DNA of 64,000 bases from Candidatus Aquirickettsiella sp. (GCA_036495935.1 DASXLX010000054.1:23464-87463); one strand, 5' to 3'; shown: positions 37,951 through 47,698, counted from the first letter of the stretch. Translations and numbers: made by a program. Notes: a model not told the origin generated them from the letters alone.

Positions 37951-38553
37951 TTGAGTTCCCACGTCTTTCCAGTTACCGTCTTCTTAAAAAGCGCCGCTCA
38001 ATTAGACCAACTGCCTAAAGATCAAGGCACAGAGGTTGCATTTATTGGTCGTTCCAATTCTGGAAAATCTACAGCAATTAACTCAATTACTGGAAAAAAA
38101 GGTTTAGCCAAAACCAGTAAAACTCCTGGACGCACTCAATTATTGAATTTTTTTCAAATCAACGAACATCTACGTTTAGTCGACCTTCCAGGTTATGGTT
38201 TTGCCAACGTCCCAAAAGATATACAAGCTAATTGGGAAAAAACCATAGCCAGTTATCTAAAAATAAGAAAATCTTTAAAAGGTCTTGTTATCACTATGGA
38301 TATCCGTCATCCACTTAAGAATCGGGATCAAACTATGTTAGCGTGGGCTTCTCATCATCAAATACCAATATATATTCTTCTGACTAAAGCCGATAAGCTA
38401 ACACGTAATCAAGCCGCAAATGCCTTGAAATTAACGACCCAACAATTGACTATTCTTGATAGCCCCTATGAAATACAAACCTTTTCTGCGACAAAATCCA
38501 TAGGTATTGAAAGCGCCCGTCGTAGGATATTAACTTGGCTGAACCTAAAATAA
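37951..38553 (+). CDS. engB: Ribosome-biogenesis GTPase YihA/EngB
   Basis: TTG start. EVAFIGRSNSGKSTAIN (G1), DLPGYGF (G3), TKADK (G4). Confidence 0.85.
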   Translation: MSSHVFPVTVFLKSAAQLDQLPKDQGTEVAFIGRSNSGKSTAINSITGKKGLAKTSKTPGRTQLLNFFQINEHLRLVDLPGYGFANVPKDIQANWEKTIASYLKIRKSLKGLVITMDIRHPLKNRDQTMLAWASHHQIPIYILLTKADKLTRNQAANALKLTTQQLTILDSPYEIQTFSATKSIGIESARRRILTWLNLK

Positions 38554-38667
38554 ATCAGAGTTTTTCTTAATAATTATCCTAAAAGCTCCTCTTTTTCTTA
38601 CATCAATTTTTTGACCTATACATCACAATGTGATAAATAAAATGATTACTAAAAAAATTCGGATTTC

Positions 38668-40659
38668 ATGTCATCACAACCATCTGAAATAAGTTTTCGT
38701 GCCATCGTATTGGCCGTTCTGCTCGCTGTTATTTTAGCTGCTGCAAACGCCTATTTAGGCCTAAAGGTCGGTTTAACTATTTCCGCATCTATACCGGCAG
38801 CTATTCTTTCTATGGGGATCCTGCGTTTTTTTAAAAATTCGTCGATACTTGAAAGTAATATTGTCCAAACAGGTGCATCGGCTGGAGAAGCATTGATCGC
38901 AGGGACCGCGTTCATTCTCCCTGCCTTAATAATTCTTCACTATTGGCAGCATTTTGATTATTGGCAAACTGTAATAATTTCCCTAACAGGTGGAATTCTA
39001 GGGGTCTTATTTTCTATTCCTTTACGCCGAGTTTTATTAGCGGACCCTACTTTGCGTTTTCCAGAAGGTACCGCGATAGGTCAAGTTTTAAAAATTAGTC
39101 AAGGCGCTAAAGGAAATTTTAAAGAATTAATCCAAGGCGGACTTTTAGGTGCTTTTGTGGCGCTTTTTCAATCGGGTTTCCAAATCATAGCGGATAATTT
39201 TCCAGTATGGTTTAGAGCAGATAATAAATTTATTTTTGGATTTACGCTTGGTTTTGAACCTGCATTATTAGCAGCTGGATATATAGTCGGTATTAGTGTA
39301 GCGCTGAGTACATTACTTGGTGTGGCAATCGGATGGATAATTGGAATTCCTGTTTTTAGTTACTTACACCCTCTGGCAATAGTTACTAGTCAATCTGCTA
39401 GCAGCTTAGCCAATAGCATTTGGCAATCCAGTATACGTCCAATTGGTGTAGGCACAATGTTAGTAGGTGGCTTATGGACAATGGTTCTGCTCGTTAAACC
39501 TATTATTAGAGGAGTACATTCATCTTTTGTCTCATTAAAAACCATTAAAGAAAGCGGGTATACTTCCTTACCTAAGCATGAACGTGATATACCTATTCAC
39601 TATACTTTAGCTTTATTAGGTATTTTAATATTACCATTAGGATATATTTTATTTAGCTTTATAAATCATCCTGCATTAGGACTAACCAGTAGTATCCAAA
39701 TAATAACTCTACTTATCGGTATTGTTTTTATTTTAATCACTGGCTTCTTTTTTTCCTCACTATGTGGCTATTTTGCAGGGCTTATAGGAAGTAGCCAAAG
39801 TCCCATCTCAGGTGTTTCTCTTTCTGTACTATTGTTCGCATCTCTTACATTACTCGCTATTTTTAGTTGGGCTCCTGGCTTTACTCACGATACTAAGCAT
39901 TTACTTGAAGGGGAAGGTTTAGCAATCATTATAGGAACATTAGTAAGTAGTAGTTGCGCCATTACCAACGATACCATTCAAGATCTGAAAGCCGGCCAAA
40001 TTGTAGGGGCAACTCCTTGGAAACAACAGGTTATATTAATTTTAGGTGTCGTAGTTTCTGCTTTAATTTTAGCACCCACATTAGAACTATTATTTAATGC
40101 TTACGGAATTGGGGGTATTTCCCCTCCAGGACGACATATGGATCCTACCCAAATGTTATCTGCCCCTCAAGCTACTCTTATGGCAAGTTTAGTTGCCGGC
40201 GCATTTAAACATAACTTACCCTGGAATTTAATTAGCATTGGTTTCGTCGTAGCTATTTTTTGTATTTTCATTGACCGAATATTGCAAAAACGCGGTATGC
40301 GCTTACCTGTATTGGCGGTCGGTATAGGTATTTATCTTCCTTTGGATACCTCATCTGGATTAATTTTGGGTGGACTCGCTTCCTATTTCGTAGAAAGAAC
40401 ATTGATTAAACAACATCCTATTCAGACAGAAAAATCAGCCGATAATACCGCCAGGCAACGCGGGCTCACTTTGGCCTGTGGTTTAGTCGCTGGAGCTTGC
40501 TTAATGGGCGTGGTGTTAGCAATTCCTTTTACTTTAGCACAATCTACCGATGTATTACGTCTTATGCCCGAACATCTCACTTTGCTAGCTAGCCTATTTG
40601 GCGTGTTATCAACTCTCGGTATTCTAGGATGGATCTATCGTTCAGTCTGTAAAAGTTAA
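38668..40659 (+). CDS. OPT-family oligopeptide transporter
   Basis: 663 aa, ~16 TM. N-terminal EISFRAIVLAVLLAVILAAANAYLGLKVGLTISASIPAA, typical of bacterial OPT proteins. Confidence 0.85.
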   Translation: MSSQPSEISFRAIVLAVLLAVILAAANAYLGLKVGLTISASIPAAILSMGILRFFKNSSILESNIVQTGASAGEALIAGTAFILPALIILHYWQHFDYWQTVIISLTGGILGVLFSIPLRRVLLADPTLRFPEGTAIGQVLKISQGAKGNFKELIQGGLLGAFVALFQSGFQIIADNFPVWFRADNKFIFGFTLGFEPALLAAGYIVGISVALSTLLGVAIGWIIGIPVFSYLHPLAIVTSQSASSLANSIWQSSIRPIGVGTMLVGGLWTMVLLVKPIIRGVHSSFVSLKTIKESGYTSLPKHERDIPIHYTLALLGILILPLGYILFSFINHPALGLTSSIQIITLLIGIVFILITGFFFSSLCGYFAGLIGSSQSPISGVSLSVLLFASLTLLAIFSWAPGFTHDTKHLLEGEGLAIIIGTLVSSSCAITNDTIQDLKAGQIVGATPWKQQVILILGVVVSALILAPTLELLFNAYGIGGISPPGRHMDPTQMLSAPQATLMASLVAGAFKHNLPWNLISIGFVVAIFCIFIDRILQKRGMRLPVLAVGIGIYLPLDTSSGLILGGLASYFVERTLIKQHPIQTEKSADNTARQRGLTLACGLVAGACLMGVVLAIPFTLAQSTDVLRLMPEHLTLLASLFGVLSTLGILGWIYRSVCKS

Positions 40660-40697
40660 ATGTTTAATTTAGCTATTGACAAAATAAAAAAATATAA

Positions 40698-40860
40698 CTA
40701 GGCTCCCGTTAAATTTCAGGGGGTAAATATATGCCTCCCCTAGTTTGACTTATTTCACTATGTAATTTTTTAGCTGTAACGCAGCAAAAATTCCAATGCA
40801 AAGAGTATAAGCTAGTGGGGTCAAATATCTACCTCCCCCAAACTTAGTGGGGGGTGGTTC
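40698..40860 (+). promoter_or_regulatory. Structured leader with two G-run/C-run triplets; the last C-run (CCTCCCCC) can pair with the G-rich Shine-Dalgarno sequence (GTGGGGGGTGG) of the ABC permease gene
   Basis: CTCCC 40703-07, GGGGG 40719-23, CCTCCCC 40734-40. GTGGGG 40815-20, CCTCCCCC 40832-39, GTGGGGGGTGG 40847-57. GTG start at 40861. Possible promoter TTGACA (40676) -17- TAGGCT. Confidence 0.35.
40751..40809. repeat. Family A MITE-like element, internally deleted copy (A4, 59 bp)
   Basis: tatttcactatgtaattttttag + ctgtaacgcagcaaaaattccaatgcaaagagtata align with the two arms of A2 (ttactcacagcaaattggattttttag ... ggcaacacagtccaaaactcaagtgcgcagagtata). Confidence 0.6.
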
Positions 40861-42597
40861 GTGTCAACTTTCTACAATCGATTTTCTTTTAGAAATTCCT
40901 TTAAAATCCTTCCAAATGGTTGGGATTTAGTTGCCTTTATTTTTGTGTTAGGCATGCTTGCTGCATTTGTTTGGGCAGGCAAACAAATGTCAGCTCCTTA
41001 TCAAGTCGGTCAAACCTTAGCTCTATCCTTAGATCCTCATCAGCTACCTAAATATGCCTTGTTTACGGTTTTACGTTTATTTACGGCCATGGCATTTTCT
41101 TTATTATTCACGTTTACTGTGGGAACTCTAGCCGCTAAAAGTAAACGCGCCGCTAGCATTATCATCCCTTGCATTGATATCTTACAGTCTGTCCCTGTTA
41201 TTGGTCTGTTATCTATTACCATCGTAGGATTTATCGCTTTATTTCATGGAAGTAGGCTTGGTCCTGAAGCTGCGGCTATTTTTGCAGTTTTTACTGCTCA
41301 GGTTTGGAATATCACACTCAGCTTCTATCAAAGCCTACGCTCGGTACCTACTGAATTGAAAGAAGCCGCTGATATGTTTCATTTATCTGCCTGGCAACGT
41401 TTTTGGCGTCTTGACGTTCCTTTTAGTATGCCTGGGTTATTATGGAATATGATGATGTCTATGTCAGGCAGCTGGATTTTCCTAATTGCATCGGAAAGTA
41501 TTTCTGTCAATAATCAAACAATCATATTACCTGGCGTTGGTTCTTATCTAGGACTTGCTATCAGTCAAGCCAGCATTTCAGGTGTGATTTACACTATCTT
41601 GACTATGCTCATTGTCATTTTGCTTTATGACCAACTCCTTTTCAGACCTTTATTAAATTGGTCAAAAAAATTTACATTTGAGCAAGTTAGTCAAGAATAT
41701 GTATCTCGTTCATGGATTAATATACTCTTACAACAAACCTATATATTAAAATACTTAGGTCGTTTTTTTGGGAAATTAGGTGATGCCATCGTCAATATTT
41801 CTTTTTCAAAGGATATAAAAAAGAAAGTTATATTCAAAAAAGCTAGCCCTAATAAATCGATCGAAATTATTTGGTATAGCTGTATCACACTTATGGTGTC
41901 TATATCACTTTGGCTATTATTACACTTTATTTTAAAGCATCTTTCATCACATGAAATAATTCATGTACTATTTTTAGGTTGTGTAACAGCATTAAGAATC
42001 ATTACCATTATTTTAATAGCCAGTATCATTTGGATCCCTATTGGCGTTTTCATAGGATTAAATCGTCGAATTGCGGAATGGGTACAACCTATTGCACAAT
42101 TTTTAGCGGCATTTCCAGCAAACGTCTTATTCCCTGTTGCAGTTATTTTAATCTTAAGATACCACTTAAATATCGAGATATGGTCCACACCATTATTATT
42201 GCTAGGCACACAATGGTACATTTTATTTAATATTATCGCTGGCACAGCCGCCCTACCAGAAGATTTAAAAGAAGCAATCAGCAACTTTGGTGTTAAAGGT
42301 TGGCAATGGTGGCATCGTTTAGTTTTACCTGGAATTTTTCCTCATTGGATAACAGGTACCATTACCGCGATTGGCGGAGGTTGGAATATGACTATCTTAA
42401 CCGAAATAATCAGTTGGGGCTCTACTACACTCACTGCAACTGGATTAGGCGCTTATATTGCAAAATCGACTGATGCAGGTGATTTTCCAAGAGTGGCGCT
42501 CGGAATGGCAATGATGAGTGTGTTTGTTTTAGTTATGAATCATTTAGTTTGGCGTCCATTATACAATTTAGCTCAGTCACGTTATCGATTGGACTAG
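40861..42597 (+). CDS. ABC transporter permease with duplicated (fused) transmembrane domains, nitrate/sulfonate/taurine-like family
   Basis: 578 aa, GTG start. Two BPD-type permease halves, each followed by an EAA-like loop (ELKEAADMFHLSAWQRFWRLDVP and DLKEAISNFGVKGWQWWHRLVLP). Confidence 0.8.
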   Translation: MSTFYNRFSFRNSFKILPNGWDLVAFIFVLGMLAAFVWAGKQMSAPYQVGQTLALSLDPHQLPKYALFTVLRLFTAMAFSLLFTFTVGTLAAKSKRAASIIIPCIDILQSVPVIGLLSITIVGFIALFHGSRLGPEAAAIFAVFTAQVWNITLSFYQSLRSVPTELKEAADMFHLSAWQRFWRLDVPFSMPGLLWNMMMSMSGSWIFLIASESISVNNQTIILPGVGSYLGLAISQASISGVIYTILTMLIVILLYDQLLFRPLLNWSKKFTFEQVSQEYVSRSWINILLQQTYILKYLGRFFGKLGDAIVNISFSKDIKKKVIFKKASPNKSIEIIWYSCITLMVSISLWLLLHFILKHLSSHEIIHVLFLGCVTALRIITIILIASIIWIPIGVFIGLNRRIAEWVQPIAQFLAAFPANVLFPVAVILILRYHLNIEIWSTPLLLLGTQWYILFNIIAGTAALPEDLKEAISNFGVKGWQWWHRLVLPGIFPHWITGTITAIGGGWNMTILTEIISWGSTTLTATGLGAYIAKSTDAGDFPRVALGMAMMSVFVLVMNHLVWRPLYNLAQSRYRLD

Positions 42598-42608
42598 GAA
42601 GGAATAAC

Positions 42609-43922
42609 ATGAATAAGAAACCCATTTTTACTGTAAAAGATATCAGTAAATCCTTTAAAAAAGCTGAACAACAAGAATTATTAGTACTAGATAAAGTTAA
42701 TTTCCAACTTTATGAAGATGAGATTGTTGCACTACTAGGTAAATCAGGCTCAGGAAAATCTACACTATTACGCATCATTTCTGGTTTATCTGAGCCGAGC
42801 AGTGGTACAGTAACTTATCGAGAAAAAGTTGTAAATGGACCTGTACAAGGCATGGCGATGGTTTTCCAAAACTTTGCTCTCTTACCCTGGTTAACCGTTT
42901 TAGAAAATGTTGAATTAGGTCTCGAAGCTTTGCGAGTCCCTCGTGATGAACGCAGAACTCGAGCTTTAAAAGCTATCGATATTATCGGCCTCGATGGATT
43001 CGAATCTGCTTATCCAAAAGAATTATCCGGTGGAATGCGACAACGTGTAGGTTTTGCACGTGCACTTGTCATTAATCCAGATGTTTTATTAATGGATGAA
43101 CCCTTTTCAGCCTTGGATGTGCTCACGGCTGATAATCTTAAAAGCGATCTACTTGATTTATGGGAAGCAAAACAAACAGGGACTCGGGGAATTTTATTTG
43201 TAACACACAATATTGAAGAAGCTGTTTTGCTCGCAAATCGTGTCATCGTATTTGATAGCGATCCTGGCAGCATACGAGCAGAATTGATCATTGACTTACC
43301 TTATCCACGAAATGAGCAAAACCCTGAATTTCGAAAATATGTCGATCAAATATATTCCTTAATTACTCGTCAAATGGATGAACGTAAAAAATTGTTACTT
43401 AAAGAACAGTTACCTCGCATCACCGATATAGGTTATCGTCTTCCTGATGCTGATATTTCCGAATTAACGGGTTTACTTGAAACTTTAGATCAATCTGAAT
43501 ACCAAGGACATATTAGCTTACCTGAGCTTACTGAATCACTCCATTTAGATGTCGATGATTTATTTCCATTAACCGAAGTATTAGATATTTTAGGTTTTGC
43601 TCATGTCAATAATGGAGAATTAATCCTAACCGAAGCTGGAAAATTATTTGCAAATGCCGATATCTTAGAGCGGAAAAAAATCTTTGCTGCTCATTTATTA
43701 CGTTATGTGCCCTTAGCAAAGCATATACGGCAAGTTCTAGAAGAAAGACGCACAACCGGTCAACGTGCGTCTCGAGAACGTTTCTTGAATGAATTAGAAG
43801 ATTATTTGAGCGAAAAAGAAGCTGAACGTGTTCTGCGTACCGTGATTGATTGGGGTCGTTACGCAGAGCTCTTTGCTTATGCGAACAATACAGGGATGCT
43901 AAGCTTAGAGAATCCGAATTAA
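42609..43922 (+). CDS. ABC transporter ATP-binding protein with ~190-aa C-terminal extra domain
   Basis: Start at MNKKPIF (GGAAGG RBS). Walker A GKSGSGKST, signature LSGGMRQR, Walker B LLMDEPFSALD. Non-ABC C-terminal domain. Confidence 0.9.
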   Translation: MNKKPIFTVKDISKSFKKAEQQELLVLDKVNFQLYEDEIVALLGKSGSGKSTLLRIISGLSEPSSGTVTYREKVVNGPVQGMAMVFQNFALLPWLTVLENVELGLEALRVPRDERRTRALKAIDIIGLDGFESAYPKELSGGMRQRVGFARALVINPDVLLMDEPFSALDVLTADNLKSDLLDLWEAKQTGTRGILFVTHNIEEAVLLANRVIVFDSDPGSIRAELIIDLPYPRNEQNPEFRKYVDQIYSLITRQMDERKKLLLKEQLPRITDIGYRLPDADISELTGLLETLDQSEYQGHISLPELTESLHLDVDDLFPLTEVLDILGFAHVNNGELILTEAGKLFANADILERKKIFAAHLLRYVPLAKHIRQVLEERRTTGQRASRERFLNELEDYLSEKEAERVLRTVIDWGRYAELFAYANNTGMLSLENPN

Positions 43923-43966
43923 GTCAATAAAATATAACATTGAAATTTAAATGGTAATTTAATTTA

Positions 43967-44110
43967 TTAGGCAACTTGGAACTCAGTGATGAGCTTAAGT
44001 TCAGGGCAAACGATAAATCGAGGACCGGAGTTTACATGAGTAAATGAAGGCAGTAAATTATCGTTTAACGATGAAATCAAGTCTATCATGCAGGTTACGC
44101 AAGTGATCTA
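43967..44110. repeat. Family B long-hairpin MITE-like element (B2, 144 bp)
   Basis: Same architecture as B1: ttagg... start, gatga-containing arms, aaacgataaat/taaattatcgttt inner stem, apical gagTTTACatgaGTAAAtg, tttaacg...gatg on the descending arm. Confidence 0.65.
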
Positions 44111-44137
44111 TTCTAATTTTCTCTATGGTTAAAACTG

Positions 44138-45109
44138 ATGCATACTAAAAAATTTTCCGAGTCCGCTCGAAAAGTAATTGAAACAGAAGGAAAAACCATT
44201 TTGAGTTTATTAAACCAAATTGACTCAAATTTTGAACAAGCGTGTGAATTCCTTTTAAATTGCCAAGGCCATATCGTTATCATTGGGATAGGTAAATCAG
44301 GTCATATTGGTAATAAAATCGCAGCTACTTTAGCCAGCACAGGGAGTCCCGCCTTTTTTATTCATGCAGCTGAGGCAAATCATGGTGATCTTGGCATGAT
44401 CAATTCCAAAGATGTGGTCCTTGCTATATCACATTCAGGAGAAACGGACGAGCTCATTACTATTCTTCCTACACTCAAACTACTCAATATCCCTTTTATA
44501 CTTATAACTGGGAATGTTCAATCTACTTTAGCGCAACAAGCAACCATCACTATCCATATCCCTATAGAGAAAGAAGCCTGTCCTTTAGGCTTAGCTCCAA
44601 CCTCTAGCAGTACAGCAGCGTTAGTTTTGGGTGATGCCATCGCAATATCACTGCTTGATATGCGTGGTTTTAGTAGTGATGATTTTGCTAAGGTTCATCC
44701 AAAAGGGCAATTGGGTCGGCGTTTATTATTAAAAGTAGCTGATATAATGCACACTGGAGCAGCTATTCCAAACGTAAAATCTGGAACTCCTTTAGTTCAG
44801 ACCCTATTTGAAGTTTCACAGAAAAGACTGGGAATGGCCATAGTTACTGACAAAAATCAACGTCTCTTAGGTATTTTTACTGATGGCGATCTTAGGCGAG
44901 CAATAGATCAAGGATTAAACCTTCAGAGTACTCTAGTCGATCAAGTAATGACTTCTAATTGTAAAACAATAAGTAAAGATAGGTTAGCTGCTGAAGCTTT
45001 GCGAATAATGGAAGCTAGCAAGATAACTACTTTAATTATTGTAAATGAAGAGAAAAAACCTCTCGGCGTTGTGCATATTCATGATATTCTGAGCCAGAGA
45101 ATTAATTAA
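44138..45109 (+). CDS. kdsD: Arabinose-5-phosphate isomerase (SIS + 2 CBS domains)
   Basis: 323 aa. GIGKSGHIGNKIAATLASTGSPAFF. C-terminal CBS pair. Confidence 0.9.
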   Translation: MHTKKFSESARKVIETEGKTILSLLNQIDSNFEQACEFLLNCQGHIVIIGIGKSGHIGNKIAATLASTGSPAFFIHAAEANHGDLGMINSKDVVLAISHSGETDELITILPTLKLLNIPFILITGNVQSTLAQQATITIHIPIEKEACPLGLAPTSSSTAALVLGDAIAISLLDMRGFSSDDFAKVHPKGQLGRRLLLKVADIMHTGAAIPNVKSGTPLVQTLFEVSQKRLGMAIVTDKNQRLLGIFTDGDLRRAIDQGLNLQSTLVDQVMTSNCKTISKDRLAAEALRIMEASKITTLIIVNEEKKPLGVVHIHDILSQRIN

Positions 45110-45279
45110 AATATTTCTTAGTACAGAACAAAAATTACTGAGCCCGTCATGGCCAGATCGAAACATTAGAGAGGGGGTGGCATCAGAAAAAATTAAGCTT
45201 TTCGCTGGATTGCCGTGACCAGATGCTCGTAGTGATTAAAAATACTTAAATTAAACCATTTAAACTAGCGCATAATAGT

Positions 45280-45852
45280 ATGTTTTCTAAAACGCTATTC
45301 ATTAATCTTATTCTTATTTTTTTAATTTTATTAGGCACATGGTATACATGGTTACAGCTAACTAGGCCTGTTAACTTGGCTATTACTGGAAACCAACCTG
45401 ACGCCTATGCAACGAAAGTTATAGTTTATCATATTGATAAATCAGGGAACCTTTATGATCAATTAAACACACCTTTATCAATCCATTATCCCTTAGACGG
45501 AATTATTTCTCTCGCCACACCTATTTTCACTTTATTTTTAAAAAATAAAGAGTCATGGCAACTTTCATCTCGTTATGGCAAACTGCAAGAAGGTAAAGAT
45601 CTTCTACAGCTTTGGGATAATGTCAAACTTGAACAAAAACAAGGACCAGCCAATAAAACTGTCTCAACCCTAACGACATCCACTTTAGATATTCATCTAA
45701 AAGAAAAAACGGCTGACACGTCCGCCCCAGTCGTAATAACGCAGATAAATCAAGAGATACACGCTGTAGGATTACATGCTAATTTTAATACGAAAACGAT
45801 TCGACTGTTATCTCAAGTAAAGGGGCAACTCAAACCTGCAAAAAGTAAATGA
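45280..45852 (+). CDS. lptC: LPS export protein LptC
   Basis: 190 aa, single N-terminal anchor. Positioned between kdsD and lptA, with a 4-nt overlap with lptA. Confidence 0.7.
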   Translation: MFSKTLFINLILIFLILLGTWYTWLQLTRPVNLAITGNQPDAYATKVIVYHIDKSGNLYDQLNTPLSIHYPLDGIISLATPIFTLFLKNKESWQLSSRYGKLQEGKDLLQLWDNVKLEQKQGPANKTVSTLTTSTLDIHLKEKTADTSAPVVITQINQEIHAVGLHANFNTKTIRLLSQVKGQLKPAKSK

Positions 45853-46406
45853 GGTTTAAGATGTTGGTTCAAGATCATTTGAAAAAAAAGCCATCTAAAA
45901 TAAATAAAAGCTATTTATTATTCCTAGCCATATCAATAATTAGTACTCTTTCTATCCCTGTACATGCTAATCCAGAAGATCTAGCACAAACTATCTATTT
46001 TGAATCTGATACCTTGTCATATAATAATGAAACAAAATTAGGCATCTATCAGGGACATATTAAGCTGACTCAAGGGAATGGAGTTCTCACAGCAGACTAT
46101 GCCACCAGTTATTCTGACCAGAATGGTCAAGTCACCAAAGTAATCGCTATTGGTAATCCAGCACGCTATCGGGCACTTATATTTCCTAATCGACCCAAGT
46201 TAATTGCTACTGGAAATACGATCTATTATTATCCACAGAAAGATTGGTTAGAAGCTATGGGTAATGCTGAGATTGTGCAAGGACAAAATCATGTCAAAGG
46301 GCCCCAAATTAACTATGATTTTAAAAAGAAAACCGTTGGTTCCCCTATCTCAAAAGAAGGGCATACTCAAATACTAATAGCACCATTGCAACCTGTTCGC
46401 TCATGA
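45849..46406 (+). CDS. lptA: LPS export periplasmic protein LptA (OstA-like)
   Basis: Signal peptide, OstA-type beta-jellyroll pattern ([17 protein letters not shown]). 4-nt overlap with lptB. Confidence 0.8.
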   Translation: MRFKMLVQDHLKKKPSKINKSYLLFLAISIISTLSIPVHANPEDLAQTIYFESDTLSYNNETKLGIYQGHIKLTQGNGVLTADYATSYSDQNGQVTKVIAIGNPARYRALIFPNRPKLIATGNTIYYYPQKDWLEAMGNAEIVQGQNHVKGPQINYDFKKKTVGSPISKEGHTQILIAPLQPVRS

Positions 46407-47128
46407 GTAAATTACAAGCTATCAATTTGGCTAAACGCTACCATTCTCGCGTTGTTGTCAAAAATGTTTCTTTAGAACTAGAAACCGGAGAAGTAGTAGG
46501 TTTGTTAGGCCCTAATGGCGCTGGAAAAACCACAAGCTTTTATTTGATTGTGGGTCTAATTGAAAGTACACAAGGTAAAATTTTATTAGATAATCATAAT
46601 ATTACTCGTTTGCCGATGCATGCACGTGCTAAGGCAGGCATTGGTTACTTACCTCAGGAACCTTCAATATTTCGTAAATTGTCTGTCGCTGATAATATTC
46701 TCGCTATACTCCAATTACGTAAAGATCTTTCAAAAGAACAACGTAAACAACATCTCGAAAATCTTCTTCATGAGTTCCATATAACTCATATCCGCGATAC
46801 ATTAGGAATTAGCTTATCGGGGGGTGAACGGCGTCGTGTTGAAATTGCCCGCGCTTTGGCCATGGAGCCAAAATTCATGTTATTAGATGAACCTTTTGCT
46901 GGAATCGATCCCATTTCTGTTGTTGATATTAAACGAATGATTATTCATCTTAGTCGGCGTGGCATCGGAGTTTTGATTACCGATCATAATGTTCGAGAAA
47001 CTCTTACGATTTGTAAACGTGCTTATATAGTGAGTGAAGGAGAAACTATCTATGTGGGGACTCCAAAAGAAGTATTAAATAATCAACGTGTTAGAGAAGT
47101 CTATTTGGGTCATGAATTTGATCTATAG
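46403..47128 (+). CDS. lptB: LPS export ABC ATPase LptB
   Basis: 241 aa. [35 protein letters not shown]. Confidence 0.95.
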   Translation: MSKLQAINLAKRYHSRVVVKNVSLELETGEVVGLLGPNGAGKTTSFYLIVGLIESTQGKILLDNHNITRLPMHARAKAGIGYLPQEPSIFRKLSVADNILAILQLRKDLSKEQRKQHLENLLHEFHITHIRDTLGISLSGGERRRVEIARALAMEPKFMLLDEPFAGIDPISVVDIKRMIIHLSRRGIGVLITDHNVRETLTICKRAYIVSEGETIYVGTPKEVLNNQRVREVYLGHEFDL

Positions 47129-47220
47129 TCATAGATTTGTGTAAAATAGAATAAAAATTGTTTAAATTTTACTCGAATTGTCCTATGAAATTTAATTTCC
47201 ACCTTTTCTTTAAAAAATTC

Positions 47221-47283
47221 CCTTAGGGTTAAAAAATACTCTTGTGAAGTAGGTCACACTCTACTTTACTGTTCAACCTAAGG
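47221..47283. repeat. Short inverted-repeat element (ccttagggtt ... aacctaagg), possibly a degenerate relative of family B
   Basis: 9-bp termini resemble the B1 termini (ttaggtt / aacctaa). Sits in the lptB-hpf gap, immediately before a TATAAT (47284-47289). Confidence 0.25.
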
Positions 47284-47343
47284 TATAATCACTATATTAT
47301 TTTAGAATATCAAAGACAATACATTATAAAGGTAGAGGGTCTA

Positions 47344-47679
47344 ATGCAAATTACTATTACAGATGATGGTATTAAAGTTACGGACGCTTTAAAACAATAT
47401 ATACTAGATAAGTTTAAACGACTGGAACGTATAACTCATAAAACTACTGCCATACATATCACATTAAGTCTTGAAAATTTAGATCAAGTCGCTAAAGCCC
47501 TAGTTCATACACATGGTACTGAATTTTATGCCAGTGCTGAAAATGAAAATCTATATTCTGCAATTGACAATTTAATTGACAGAATAGAGCAGCAAATTAA
47601 TAAACATAAACAAAAAATTAAAGAAAAAAGACATGATAGATCAGAAAAATATGGTCCAGAGGAATCCGAAGAGCTTTAA
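47344..47679 (+). CDS. hpf: Ribosome hibernation-promoting factor (short HPF/RaiA type)
   Basis: 111 aa. MQITITDDGIKVTDALKQYILDKFKRLER pattern. Confidence 0.85.
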   Translation: MQITITDDGIKVTDALKQYILDKFKRLERITHKTTAIHITLSLENLDQVAKALVHTHGTEFYASAENENLYSAIDNLIDRIEQQINKHKQKIKEKRHDRSEKYGPEESEEL

Positions 47680-47698
47680 ATAAACTTAAGAGGCCCCT

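Noticed and set aside
40690-40860. Guanidine-I (ykkC) or guanidine-II (mini-ykkC) riboswitch upstream of the nitrate/sulfonate-type ABC operon
   Set aside because: CUAGGCUCCCG superficially resembles the ykkC 5' word CUAGGGUUCCG. However, the other conserved blocks (GGUCCGAGAG, ACGGCGGGA...GCCCGGGAGA) are absent, and the two small hairpins have 12-14-nt loops without ACGR tetraloops.
45110-45279. Possible third repeat family or kdsC remnant in the kdsD-lptC gap
   Set aside because: The region has GC-richer words (gagggggtggc, ccagat twice), but I could not obtain convincing terminal inverted repeats, self-complementarity or similarity to families A/B. No frame gives a KdsC-like peptide. It is left unannotated.
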